The translations under genes were made by a program, and so were the position numbers. Below, one piece after another: positions 1-9,603 of a stretch of 64,000 nt of DNA. This DNA is from Escherichia coli (GTDB lineage Bacteria > Pseudomonadota > Gammaproteobacteria > Enterobacterales > Enterobacteriaceae). The stretch lies in the NCBI RefSeq assembly GCF_030013595.1, contig NZ_CP122771.1. One strand, 5' to 3'. Numbering within the stretch: position 1 is the first letter of the stretch; every line of letters begins with the position of its first letter. The notes beneath the pieces are model-generated. The model had not been told where the DNA came from. It saw only the letters and a program-made list of their open reading frames with translations, and made no database searches.

Positions 1-1428
1 ATGGCCAGTATCAATACCATTGTGAAACGCAAGCAGTACCTGTGGCTGGGGATTGTGGTTGTCGGTGCAGCCTCCGCGATTGGTGGTGCACTGTATCTGT
101 CTGATGTGGACATGTCCGGTAACGGTGAGGCCGTGGCTGAACAGGAACCCGTGCCGGATATGACCGGTGTGGTGGATACGACCTTTGATGACAAGGTGCG
201 TCAGCATGCCACCACTGAGATGCAGGTGACGGCAGCGCAGATGCAGAAGCAGTATGAGGAAATCCGTCGCGAGCTGGATGTCCTGAACAAACAGCGCGGT
301 GATGACCAGCGTCGTATTGAAAAGCTGGGACAGGACAATGCCGCCCTGGCAGAGCAGGTGAAAGCCCTGGGTGCTAATCCCGTCACGGCGACCGGTGAGC
401 CTGTACCGCAGATGCCTGCCTCACCGCCCGGCCCGGAAGGCGAACCACAGCCAGGAAACACCCCCGTATCCTTCCCGCCGCAGGGCAGCGTTGCTGTTCC
501 ACCGCCGACGGCGTTTTATCCCGGGAATGGTGTCACGCCACCACCACAGGTGACGTACCAGTCTGTGCCGGTGCCTAACCGGATACAGCGTAAGGTGTTT
601 ACCCGTAATGAGGGAAAACAGGGACCATCACTGCCGTACATTCCGTCAGGAAGTTTTGCGAAAGCCATGCTGATTGAAGGAGCGGATGCCAATGCGTCGG
701 TCACCGGTAATGAATCCACGGTGCCGATGCAGCTGCGTATCACCGGCCTGGTGGAAATGCCGAACAGCAAAACGTATGACGCAACGGGATGTTTTGTGGG
801 GCTGGAAGCCTGGGGGGATGTCTCCAGTGAGCGTGCCATTGTACGCACCCGCAATATCAGCTGCCTGAAGGACGGCAAAACCATTGATATGCCGATTAAG
901 GGGCATGTCAGCTTCCGGGGTAAAAACGGTATCAAGGGCGAAGTGGTGATGCGTAACGGCAAAATCCTCGGCTGGGCATGGGGCGCGGGATTTGTTGACG
1001 GTATCGGTCAGGGAATGGAGCGCGCCTCCCAGCCGGCTGTCGGGCTGGGTGCCACCGCTGCTTACGGGGCCGGCGATGTCCTTAAAATGGGTATCGGTGG
1101 CGGCGCATCGAAAGCCGCACAGACGCTCAGTGACTACTACATCAAACGTGCCGAACAGTATCACCCGGTGATACCGATTGGTGCGGGCAACGAAGTGACC
1201 GTGGTGTTCCAGGACGGCTTCCAGCTGAAAACCGTGGAAGAGATGGCGCTGGAACGCACGCAGAGCAGAGCGGAAGAAGACAATCCGGAAAGTCCGGTTC
1301 CTGTTCCGCCATCGGCTGAAAGTCATCTTAACGGCTTTAATACTGATCAGATGCTGAAGCAGCTGGGCAACCTGAATCCGCAGCAGTTTATGTCCGGCAG
1401 CCAGGGAGGGGGCAACGATGGCAAATAA
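1..1428 (+). CDS. traB: TraB, T4SS VirB10-like core protein
   Basis: 475-aa ORF with N-terminal TM helix and Pro-rich linker; matches F/R100 TraB from memory; first gene of the traB-traP-trbD-traV-traR-traC synteny. Confidence 0.9.
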   Translation: MASINTIVKRKQYLWLGIVVVGAASAIGGALYLSDVDMSGNGEAVAEQEPVPDMTGVVDTTFDDKVRQHATTEMQVTAAQMQKQYEEIRRELDVLNKQRGDDQRRIEKLGQDNAALAEQVKALGANPVTATGEPVPQMPASPPGPEGEPQPGNTPVSFPPQGSVAVPPPTAFYPGNGVTPPPQVTYQSVPVPNRIQRKVFTRNEGKQGPSLPYIPSGSFAKAMLIEGADANASVTGNESTVPMQLRITGLVEMPNSKTYDATGCFVGLEAWGDVSSERAIVRTRNISCLKDGKTIDMPIKGHVSFRGKNGIKGEVVMRNGKILGWAWGAGFVDGIGQGMERASQPAVGLGATAAYGAGDVLKMGIGGGASKAAQTLSDYYIKRAEQYHPVIPIGAGNEVTVVFQDGFQLKTVEEMALERTQSRAEEDNPESPVPVPPSAESHLNGFNTDQMLKQLGNLNPQQFMSGSQGGGNDGK

Positions 1429-2005
1429 TATGTCACTCCGTCAGATATGCCATGCCACCCGGTATGTTGTTGCCCGAGTCCTGTGTTGGTTGTTCTGGTG
1501 TCTGAAATACGCCGTCATTCTGCCGCTGGCCACAATGGCTCTGCTGGCGTTACTGGTTTTATGGAAGGACAACACCACACCGGGGAAATTGCTGGTTCAG
1601 GAGATCGAGTTTGTAAGGGGCAGAACGCCAGCCGGGCTGTATCCGGTCCGATACTGCTCGAACAGTTTTGGTTCCGATTTAGCGATGCCTCCGTCTGTAA
1701 CGTGCGGTTTTCGCCGGGGGGATGCTGCAGAATATGCCAGGGAGACTGACCAGTCTCTGATGCAACTGTTCACCGCATTATGGGCAACGCTGGCACTGAT
1801 GTATGTCTCGCTGGCGGTGATCTCCGGAAAATGTCCGATGCGACCCGGAAAAATGAAATGTGTCCGGGTCGCAACTTCAGATGAACATCTGAAGGAAGTT
1901 CTTACGGAAGATGCTTCCCTGCCGGAAAAAATCAGGAAATGCCATGTTTATTTCCCTGATGACCGAACAAACAGAAGCAACGGAGATAAAAATGAACATG
2001 CGTAA
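1418..2005 (+). CDS. traP: TraP, pilus stabilisation membrane protein
   Basis: 195-aa ORF starting MANNMSLRQICHATRYV, matching F TraP; start overlaps traB stop. Confidence 0.85.
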   Translation: MANNMSLRQICHATRYVVARVLCWLFWCLKYAVILPLATMALLALLVLWKDNTTPGKLLVQEIEFVRGRTPAGLYPVRYCSNSFGSDLAMPPSVTCGFRRGDAAEYARETDQSLMQLFTALWATLALMYVSLAVISGKCPMRPGKMKCVRVATSDEHLKEVLTEDASLPEKIRKCHVYFPDDRTNRSNGDKNEHA

Positions 2006-2312
2006 TATTAATGTTATTACTGCCCGCGCTGTGCCGGATAAAAACGTATCAGATGATTTTATGCATGCTGTTTTCAGTAACTGCACCACAAGAATCGCAC
2101 TTCCTGCGCCGAAGAAATTCAGTTCTGAATCATTGCCGCACAATTTTAATATGGCTGCTGTCGGAGTGATGAAGAAGGGTATGTCGATGAGTTTATTTTC
2201 TTCTCCGGGGAATACAGTAGTCTCCGGACAACCCTGTGCAGGAAAAACAAATCTGAAAGCAGAGTTAATTTCTGCTGTTGTGGGGAGTAATAAAAAAGGA
2301 GAAAGTCAATGA
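1944..2312 (+). CDS. trbD: TrbD (ORF may also cover the trbG coding region)
   Basis: ORF starting MFISLMTEQTEATEIK between traP and traV, as in F; exact trbD/trbG partition not resolvable by eye. Confidence 0.5.
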   Translation: MFISLMTEQTEATEIKMNMRNINVITARAVPDKNVSDDFMHAVFSNCTTRIALPAPKKFSSESLPHNFNMAAVGVMKKGMSMSLFSSPGNTVVSGQPCAGKTNLKAELISAVVGSNKKGESQ

Positions 2313-2824
2313 AACAGATTTCTTTATTTATTCCTCTGCTGGGGACCTTATTACTTTCCGGCTGTGCCGGAACCAGTACGGAATTTGAGTGTAACGCCAC
2401 CACATCCGATACCTGTATGACGATGGAGCAGGCCAATGAGAAGGCCAAAAAACTGGAGCAGTCCTCAGAAGCAAAGCCGGTTGCGGTATCACTGCCGCGC
2501 CTGGCTGAAGGGAACTTCCGGACAATGCCGGTGCAGACCGTTACCGCGACCACTCCGTCCGGCAGCAGACCTGCGGTGACAGCACATCCGGAGCAGAAAC
2601 TGCTGGCACCACGCCCGCTGTTTACCGCTGCCCGGGAAGTGAAAACGGTTGTTCCGGTCAGTTCAGTTACGCCGGTAACACCTCCTCGTCCGCTAAGAAC
2701 GGGTGAGCAGACGGCAGCATTATGGATAGCGCCTTATATTGATAACCAGGATGTTTATCATCAGCCATCCAGCGTGTTTTTTGTTATTAAACCGTCTGCG
2801 TGGGGAAAACCACGTATTAATTAA
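2309..2824 (+). CDS. traV: TraV, outer-membrane lipoprotein of T4SS core
   Basis: 171 aa; lipoprotein signal with lipobox LLLSGCAG; synteny. Confidence 0.9.
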   Translation: MKQISLFIPLLGTLLLSGCAGTSTEFECNATTSDTCMTMEQANEKAKKLEQSSEAKPVAVSLPRLAEGNFRTMPVQTVTATTPSGSRPAVTAHPEQKLLAPRPLFTAAREVKTVVPVSSVTPVTPPRPLRTGEQTAALWIAPYIDNQDVYHQPSSVFFVIKPSAWGKPRIN

Positions 2825-2958
2825 CTGGCCCTGAAGTTGTATATCAGCCGGCAATGCCGGCGGGCTTTCTGTATTCAAAATCTGCCTGTAAAACGAGTGC
2901 CCTGTGCGTGAAAAGGGATGGGCGGTAGCGTGTCAGAACATGTCGGGAGGAATATTCC

Positions 2959-3180
2959 GTGAGTGATGAAGCCGATGAAGCATATTCAGTGACAGAACAA
3001 CTGACCATGACAGGAATAAACCGGATACGCCAGAAAATAAATGCTCATGGTATTCCTGTTTATCTCTGTGAAGCATGCGGAAATCCTATTCCGGAAGCCC
3101 GGCGGAAAATATTTCCCGGTGTGATGTTATGTGTTGAATGTCAGGCGTATCAGGAAAGACAGAGAAAACATTATGCATAA
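2959..3180 (+). CDS. traR: TraR, DksA/TraR-family zinc-finger protein
   Basis: 73 aa, GTG start; C4 motif CEACGN...CVEC; position between traV and traC. Confidence 0.9.
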   Translation: MSDEADEAYSVTEQLTMTGINRIRQKINAHGIPVYLCEACGNPIPEARRKIFPGVMLCVECQAYQERQRKHYA

Positions 3181-3339
3181 GTCAGTCGCAGAACATAGTG
3201 ATTTAATTCCGGATGAACATGAGTGGATATTCAGAAAACAGAAATCTTTGTATATGCGCCGGGAAATGGCGCGTTAATTACAGGTATTCCCTTCATGGCT
3301 ACCGCATTTCTCGCTTTATTTTTCAACTAAGGAATTCAT

Positions 3340-5967
3340 GTGAATAACCCACTTGAGGCCGTCACTCAGGCGGTTAACTCCCTCGTCACAGCACTGAAAC
3401 TGCCTGACGAATCCGCAAAGGCCAATGAAGTTCTGGGCGAAATGAGCTTCCCGCAGTTCAGCCGTCTGCTGCCGTACCGTGATTATAACCAGGAATCCGG
3501 TCTGTTCATGAATGACACCACGATGGGCTTTATGCTGGAAGCCATTCCCATCAATGGGGCGAATGAGTCTATTGTGGAGGCGCTCGACCACATGCTGCGC
3601 ACCAAACTGCCGCGCGGAGTGCCGTTCTGCATCCATCTGATGTCCAGTCAGCTTGTTGGTGACAGAATTGAATACGGGCTGCGTGAGTTCTCCTGGTCCG
3701 GTGAACAGGCTGAACGGTTTAACGCCATTACCCGTGCCTATTATATGAACGCGGCAGCGACACAGTTTCCGCTGCCGGAGGGGATGAATCTGCCCCTGAC
3801 CCTGCGCCATTACCGGGTATTCTTCTCGTACTGTTCTCCCTCGAAGAAAAAAAGCCGGGCTGACATTCTGGAAATGGAAAACCTGGTGAAAATCATCCGG
3901 GCGTCGTTACAGGGGGCCAGTATCACCACACAGGCGGTGGATGCACAGGCCTTTATCGATATTGTCGGGGAGATGATTAACCATAACCCGGACTCCCTGT
4001 ATCCGAAAAGACGTCAGCTGGACCCGTATTCTGATCTGAATTATCAGTGTGTGGAGGACAGTTTTGACCTGAAAGTCCGGGCGGATTACCTGACGCTGGG
4101 CCTGCGTGAGAACGGCAGGAACAGCACGGCCCGCATCCTGAATTTCCATCTGGCCCGTAACCCGGAAATCGCCTTTCTGTGGAACATGGCCGACAACTAC
4201 AGCAACCTGCTGAACCCGGAACTGTCCATCTCCTGTCCGTTCATCCTGACGCTGACTCTGGTGGTGGAAGACCAGGTGAAAACTCACAGCGAAGCCAACC
4301 TGAAGTACATGGACCTGGAGAAAAAGTCGAAGACCTCCTATGCCAAATGGTTTCCGTCCGTGGAGAAAGAGGCGAAGGAGTGGGGGGAACTGCGTCAGCG
4401 GCTGGGCTCCGGTCAGTCCTCTGTCGTGTCCTACTTCCTCAACATCACAGCATTCTGCAAGGACAATAATGAAACGGCGCTGGAAGTGGAGCAGGACATC
4501 CTGAACAGCTTCCGTAAAAACGGTTTTGAGCTGATTTCACCGCGCTTTAACCACATGCGCAATTTCCTGACCTGTCTGCCCTTTATGGCCGGGAAAGGGT
4601 TGTTTAAACAGCTGAAAGAGGCCGGAGTGGTACAGCGCGCAGAGAGCTTTAATGTGGCCAACCTGATGCCGTTAGTGGCGGATAACCCCCTGACACCGGC
4701 AGGTCTGCTGGCACCCACCTACCGTAACCAGCTGGCGTTTATCGATATTTTCTTCCGGGGGATGAATAACACCAACTACAACATGGCGGTCTGTGGCACC
4801 TCCGGGGCCGGTAAAACCGGGCTGATACAGCCACTTATCCGCAGCGTGCTGGACTCCGGGGGCTTTGCCGTGGTGTTCGACATGGGGGATGGCTACAAGT
4901 CCCTGTGTGAGAACATGGGCGGGGTGTATCTGGACGGTGAAACCCTGCGTTTTAACCCGTTTGCGAACATCACCGATATTGACCAGTCAGCGGAGCGTGT
5001 CCGCGACCAGTTGTCGGTGATGGCCAGCCCCAACGGTAACCTGGATGAAGTGCATGAAGGTCTGCTGCTGCAGGCGGTCAGGGCCTCCTGGCTGGCTAAA
5101 AAGAATAAGGCGCGCATCGATGATGTGGTGGATTTCCTGAAAAACGCCCGTGATAACGACCAGTATGTAGAGTCACCGACTATCCGCAGCCGTCTGGACG
5201 AAATGATTGTGCTGCTTGACCAGTACACTGCTAACGGCACTTATGGCCAGTATTTCAACTCCGATGAGCCGTCCCTGCGGGATGATGCGAAAATGGTGGT
5301 GCTGGAGCTGGGCGGACTGGAAGACCGTCCGTCCCTGCTGGTTGCGGTGATGTTCAGCCTTATCATTTACATTGAGAACCGGATGTACCGCACGCCGCGT
5401 AACCTCAAGAAACTGAACGTTATTGATGAAGGCTGGCGTCTGCTGGACTTCAAAAATCACAAGGTCGGTGAATTTATTGAGAAAGGCTACCGTACGGCCC
5501 GCCGTCATACCGGTGCCTATATCACCATCACACAGAACATCGTCGACTTTGACTCTGATAAGGCCTCCAGTGCTGCCCGCGCGGCATGGGGTAACTCCTC
5601 CTACAAAATTATCCTCAAACAGAGTGCGAAGGAGTTCGCGAAATACAACCAGCTGTATCCGGACCAGTTCCTGCCACTGCAGCGCGACATGATTGGTAAG
5701 TTTGGTGCAGCCAAAGACCAGTGGTTCAGTTCCTTCCTGCTGCAGGTGGAAAACCATTCCTCCTGGCACCGTCTGTTTGTGGACCCGTTAAGCCGCGCCA
5801 TGTACAGCTCTGACGGCCCGGATTTTGAGTTTGTGCAGCAGAAGCGTAAAGAGGGGCTGAGTATTCATGAGGCAGTGTGGCAGCTGGCGTGGAAGAAGTC
5901 AGGGCCGGAGATGGCTTCGCTGGAAGCCTGGCTGGAAGAACATGAGAAATACAGGAGTGTGGCATGA
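3340..5967 (+). CDS. traC: TraC, VirB4-like T4SS ATPase
   Basis: 875 aa, GTG start; Walker A GTSGAGKTG; synteny. Confidence 0.95.
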   Translation: MNNPLEAVTQAVNSLVTALKLPDESAKANEVLGEMSFPQFSRLLPYRDYNQESGLFMNDTTMGFMLEAIPINGANESIVEALDHMLRTKLPRGVPFCIHLMSSQLVGDRIEYGLREFSWSGEQAERFNAITRAYYMNAAATQFPLPEGMNLPLTLRHYRVFFSYCSPSKKKSRADILEMENLVKIIRASLQGASITTQAVDAQAFIDIVGEMINHNPDSLYPKRRQLDPYSDLNYQCVEDSFDLKVRADYLTLGLRENGRNSTARILNFHLARNPEIAFLWNMADNYSNLLNPELSISCPFILTLTLVVEDQVKTHSEANLKYMDLEKKSKTSYAKWFPSVEKEAKEWGELRQRLGSGQSSVVSYFLNITAFCKDNNETALEVEQDILNSFRKNGFELISPRFNHMRNFLTCLPFMAGKGLFKQLKEAGVVQRAESFNVANLMPLVADNPLTPAGLLAPTYRNQLAFIDIFFRGMNNTNYNMAVCGTSGAGKTGLIQPLIRSVLDSGGFAVVFDMGDGYKSLCENMGGVYLDGETLRFNPFANITDIDQSAERVRDQLSVMASPNGNLDEVHEGLLLQAVRASWLAKKNKARIDDVVDFLKNARDNDQYVESPTIRSRLDEMIVLLDQYTANGTYGQYFNSDEPSLRDDAKMVVLELGGLEDRPSLLVAVMFSLIIYIENRMYRTPRNLKKLNVIDEGWRLLDFKNHKVGEFIEKGYRTARRHTGAYITITQNIVDFDSDKASSAARAAWGNSSYKIILKQSAKEFAKYNQLYPDQFLPLQRDMIGKFGAAKDQWFSSFLLQVENHSSWHRLFVDPLSRAMYSSDGPDFEFVQQKRKEGLSIHEAVWQLAWKKSGPEMASLEAWLEEHEKYRSVA

Positions 5968-6350
5968 GTTCAACGCAGAAACCCGCCGACGTCACGGCAG
6001 AACGACGCAGCCACTGGTGGTGGACGGTGCCGGGATGCCTGGCAATGGTGTTACTGAACGCAGCCGTCAGTTACGGCATTGTCAGACTGAATGCACCGGT
6101 GACTGTCGCCTTCAACATGAAACAGACCGTGGATGCGTTTTTTGACAGCGCCAGTCAGAAACAACTGTCAGAAGCGCAGTCAAAAGCCCTTTCAGCGCGT
6201 TTTAACACGGCACTGGAAGCCAGCCTGCAGGCGTGGCAGCAGAAACACCACGCGGTCATTCTGGTGTCGCCTGCTGTGGTACAGGGGGCACCGGATATCA
6301 CCCGGGAAATCCAGCAGGATATTGCCCGGCGAATGAGGGCGGAACCATGA
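5964..6350 (+). CDS. trbI: TrbI
   Basis: 128 aa with TM segment; overlapping stop/start with traC and traW. Confidence 0.8.
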   Translation: MSSTQKPADVTAERRSHWWWTVPGCLAMVLLNAAVSYGIVRLNAPVTVAFNMKQTVDAFFDSASQKQLSEAQSKALSARFNTALEASLQAWQQKHHAVILVSPAVVQGAPDITREIQQDIARRMRAEP

Positions 6351-6979
6351 GATGCCGGGGGCTGATTGCCCTGCTGATATGGGGGCAGAGTGTGGCCGCC
6401 GCCGATCTTGGTACCTGGGGCGATCTGTGGCCGGTAAAGGAGCCGGACATGCTGACGGTGATCATGCAGCGCCTGACGGCACTGGAGCTGTCCGGTGAGA
6501 TGGGCCGGAAAATGGATGTCTTTAAGGAGCGGGTGATCCGCAACAGTCTGCGGCCCCCTGCCGTGCCCGGTATCGGACGCACGGAGAAATACGGTAGCCG
6601 GTTGTTTGACCCGTCCGTCAGACTGGCTGCGGATATCCGGGATAACGAAGGGCGGGTGTTTGCCCGTCAGGGTGAAGTGATGAATCCGCTGCAGTATGTT
6701 CCTTTTAACCAGACGCTGTATTTCATCAATGGCGATGATCCGGCGCAGGTGGCCTGGATGAAACGCCAGACGCCGCCCACACTGGAGAGCAAAATCATCC
6801 TCGTGCAGGGCAGTATCCCGGAGATGCAGAAGTCTCTGGACAGCCGTGTTTACTTTGACCAGAACGGTGTGCTCTGCCAGCGCCTCGGCATTGATCAGGT
6901 CCCGGCACGGGTGAGCGCCGTTCCCGGCGATCGCTTCCTGAAGGTGGAATTTATTCCGGCAGAGGAGGGCAGAAAATGA
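6347..6979 (+). CDS. traW: TraW, pilus assembly protein
   Basis: ATG at 6347 (MRCRGLIALLIWGQSVAA signal peptide); synteny. Confidence 0.85.
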   Translation: MRCRGLIALLIWGQSVAAADLGTWGDLWPVKEPDMLTVIMQRLTALELSGEMGRKMDVFKERVIRNSLRPPAVPGIGRTEKYGSRLFDPSVRLAADIRDNEGRVFARQGEVMNPLQYVPFNQTLYFINGDDPAQVAWMKRQTPPTLESKIILVQGSIPEMQKSLDSRVYFDQNGVLCQRLGIDQVPARVSAVPGDRFLKVEFIPAEEGRK

Positions 6980-7968
6980 AGCGAAGCCTGTGGCTGCTGA
7001 TGTTATTCCTTCTCGCCGGTCATGTCCCTGCAGCGTCTGCGGATTCTGCCTGTGAGGGGCGTTTTGTAAACCCGATCACGGATATCTGCTGGAGCTGTAT
7101 TTTCCCGCTCTCGCTGGGCAGTATCAAAGTCAGTCAGGGTAAGGTCCCCGACACGGCGAACCCGTCGATGCCCATTCAGATTTGTCCGGCACCGCCGCCG
7201 CTGTTCAGGCGTATCGGGCTGGCCATTGGTTACTGGGAGCCGATGGCGCTGACGGACGTCACCCGGTCACCGGGATGCATGGTGAACCTGGGCTTCAGCC
7301 TGCCGGCTTTTGGTAAAACGGCACAGGGAACGGCGAAAAAAGATGAGAAGCAGGTGAACGGGGCGTTCTATCACGTTCACTGGTACAAATACCCGCTGAC
7401 GTACTGGCTTAACATCATCACATCGCTGGGCTGTCTGGAAGGTGGTGACCTGGATATCGCTTATCTTTCTGAAATTGACCCCACCTGGACGGACAGCAGC
7501 CTGACCACCATTCTCAATCCGGAAGCTGTCATCTTTGCCAATCCGATAGCACAGGGAGCCTGCGCAGCAGATGCGATTGCCAGCGCCTTTAATATGCCTC
7601 TCGATGTTCTGTTCTGGTGTGCCGGTTCGCAGGGAAGTATGTACCCGTTCAATGGCTGGGTGAGTAATGAGTCCAGTCCGTTGCAGTCCTCCCTGCTGGT
7701 CAGTGAACGCATGGCGTTCAAGCTGCACCGTCAGGGCATGATTATGGAAACCATCGGGAAAAATAACGCCGTCTGTAATGAATATCCGTCCCCAATCCTG
7801 CCCAAAGAACGCTGGCGTTACCAGATGGTGAATATGTATCCGGACAGCGGGCAGTGCCACCCGTTCGGGCGCAGCGTGACCCGCTGGGAAACCGGGAAAA
7901 ATCCGCCCAACACAAAGAAAAACTTCGGCTACCTGATGTGGCGTAAACGTAACTGTGTTTTCCTGTAA
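6976..7968 (+). CDS. traU: TraU, pilus assembly/DNA transfer protein
   Basis: 330 aa with signal peptide; synteny. Confidence 0.9.
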   Translation: MKRSLWLLMLFLLAGHVPAASADSACEGRFVNPITDICWSCIFPLSLGSIKVSQGKVPDTANPSMPIQICPAPPPLFRRIGLAIGYWEPMALTDVTRSPGCMVNLGFSLPAFGKTAQGTAKKDEKQVNGAFYHVHWYKYPLTYWLNIITSLGCLEGGDLDIAYLSEIDPTWTDSSLTTILNPEAVIFANPIAQGACAADAIASAFNMPLDVLFWCAGSQGSMYPFNGWVSNESSPLQSSLLVSERMAFKLHRQGMIMETIGKNNAVCNEYPSPILPKERWRYQMVNMYPDSGQCHPFGRSVTRWETGKNPPNTKKNFGYLMWRKRNCVFL

Positions 7969-7993
7969 AACTACTAATTCTGAAGGATTTTTT

Positions 7994-8455
7994 ATGTATA
8001 AACAGGCAACAGAATTAATGCTGAACTTTAAAGACCGCATTCTGATTAAGGGGGAAGAAGATACCGGCAAGTCAACTCTCCTGACTGAAATAAGAATCAG
8101 TGATAGTGATTCCCGGTATTACAACTTTAAAACTCTTAACTCTGCGGGGTATAACCAGCTTTGTGATGAAAATATTGATGATTTTGATTTTCTGAATACA
8201 CCTGAAAAGACGTTAATCCTTGATGGAGTCAGGCTGTGTGAAAAGAAAATGACATCAAAAGTTATCAGGTTAATTAAACAGGCCAGAAAATATCATAAAC
8301 GCCTGGTTGTGGTTGCAGACTCATGTGAGTCTGAGTTTATCGAACTGTTGTTTGATGGTGTTATTGCATTGTCCTTCAATTCTGACAGAGAAAGGAGCTG
8401 CAATGTTTATACGCCATCAAGGTGTCGTAATACAGATAATATTTATGCCAGGTAA
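7994..8455 (+). CDS. Hypothetical small P-loop NTPase/kinase-like protein, non-canonical insert in tra operon
   Basis: 154 aa; Walker A-like GEEDTGKST and Walker B-like LILDG; AAGGA 8 nt upstream of ATG; AT-rich relative to flanks; paralog of ORF 32396-32860. Confidence 0.5.
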   Translation: MYKQATELMLNFKDRILIKGEEDTGKSTLLTEIRISDSDSRYYNFKTLNSAGYNQLCDENIDDFDFLNTPEKTLILDGVRLCEKKMTSKVIRLIKQARKYHKRLVVVADSCESEFIELLFDGVIALSFNSDRERSCNVYTPSRCRNTDNIYAR

Positions 8456-8484
8456 ATGTGTAAACAAAAACAGAGGAGGGTGTA

Positions 8485-8937
8485 ATGAGTAATAATATAA
8501 AATATGGCTCCAGAATACTTGATATGGGTGTTCTGCTGGAGATGAAAGCGCTTGTGAATGCAAATGGTGGTGTGTCACGGTGCATTATGGAGTGCCGGCA
8601 GCTTGCCTGTGAGGTCCGTCATTCGCAACAATTACTGGATAAGCTGTCATGTATTGACGACTGGCTGTGCCGGTTTTCCTCAATAATGTATCACCGTTTT
8701 GATAAAGAACAGATTCAGTGGCGGGAGGATGTGGACAGGAATTATCCCAGAGAAAAAGTTTATATTTTCAGTCCCGATGATGTCTCCGTCCATAATAATG
8801 ATATTAAAGACTCTGCCAATAACACATCAGGAATAACCGTGTCGGTTACAGCCAGTAAAATATTTGCAGGTCAGAAAGAGTTTGATGCTTTTTTAAAACT
8901 GGCAGAAAAACTGAGAGAAAACCCTACGGGTAATTAA
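8485..8937 (+). CDS. Hypothetical protein, second gene of traU-trbC insert
   Basis: 150-aa ORF with GGAGG-like RBS (cagaggagggtgtaATG); Cys-rich N-terminal half; no motif recognised. Confidence 0.45.
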   Translation: MSNNIKYGSRILDMGVLLEMKALVNANGGVSRCIMECRQLACEVRHSQQLLDKLSCIDDWLCRFSSIMYHRFDKEQIQWREDVDRNYPREKVYIFSPDDVSVHNNDIKDSANNTSGITVSVTASKIFAGQKEFDAFLKLAEKLRENPTGN

Positions 8938-8964
8938 ATTGTAATAATGCCATCAGGATATATC

Positions 8965-9603
8965 ATGAACTGGAAAATATTTGCACTTTTTGCCCTGACT
9001 GCAGGAATGCATATCACTGTTCATGCCTCAGACAATGTGAACACTCCTGAAAACCGCCAGTTCCTGAAGCAGCAGGAAAATTTAAGCAGACAACTGCGTG
9101 AAAAACCTGACCATCAGCTGAAGGCCTGGGCGGAGAAACAGGTGCTGGAGAACCCCCTTCAGCGTTCAGATAACCATTTCCTGGATGAGCTGGTTCGTAA
9201 ACAGCAGGCTTCGCAGGACGGGAAACCCCGGCAGGGGGCCCTGTATTTTGTGTCGTTTTCCATTCCCGAAGAGGGGCTGAAACGGATGCTGGGCGAAACC
9301 CGGCACTACGGTATACCCGCCACACTGCGGGGCATGGTGAACAATGACCTGAAGACCACCGCTGAAGCCGTGCTGTCCCTGGTGAAAGACGGCGCGACTG
9401 ATGGTGTTCAGATCGACCCGACGCTGTTTTCACAGTACGGCATTCGCAGCGTACCGACACTGGTGGTGTTCTGCAGTCAGGGATACGACATCATCCGGGG
9501 AAACCTGCGGGTCGGCCAGGCGCTGGAGAAAGTGGCCGCCACGGGTGACTGCCGGCAGGTGGCTCATGATTTACTGGCAGGGAAAGGAGATTCCGGGAAA
9601 TGA
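8965..9603 (+). CDS. trbC: TrbC, pilus assembly periplasmic protein
   Basis: Signal peptide MNWKIFALFALTAGMHITVHA then ...NVNTPENRQFLKQQENL matching F TrbC; ORF opens at 8947 but the ATG at 8965 has the better RBS. Confidence 0.85.
   Translation: MNWKIFALFALTAGMHITVHASDNVNTPENRQFLKQQENLSRQLREKPDHQLKAWAEKQVLENPLQRSDNHFLDELVRKQQASQDGKPRQGALYFVSFSIPEEGLKRMLGETRHYGIPATLRGMVNNDLKTTAEAVLSLVKDGATDGVQIDPTLFSQYGIRSVPTLVVFCSQGYDIIRGNLRVGQALEKVAATGDCRQVAHDLLAGKGDSGK

Noticed and set aside
646-1326. 226-aa minus-strand ORF inside traB
   Set aside because: Antisense to a confidently identified gene; typical shadow ORF in GC-rich coding sequence
1911-2312. Treating the 133-aa ORF as one novel protein
   Set aside because: Position and sequence correspond to the trbD/trbG region of F; the long ORF is more likely an ORF-caller merge than a new gene
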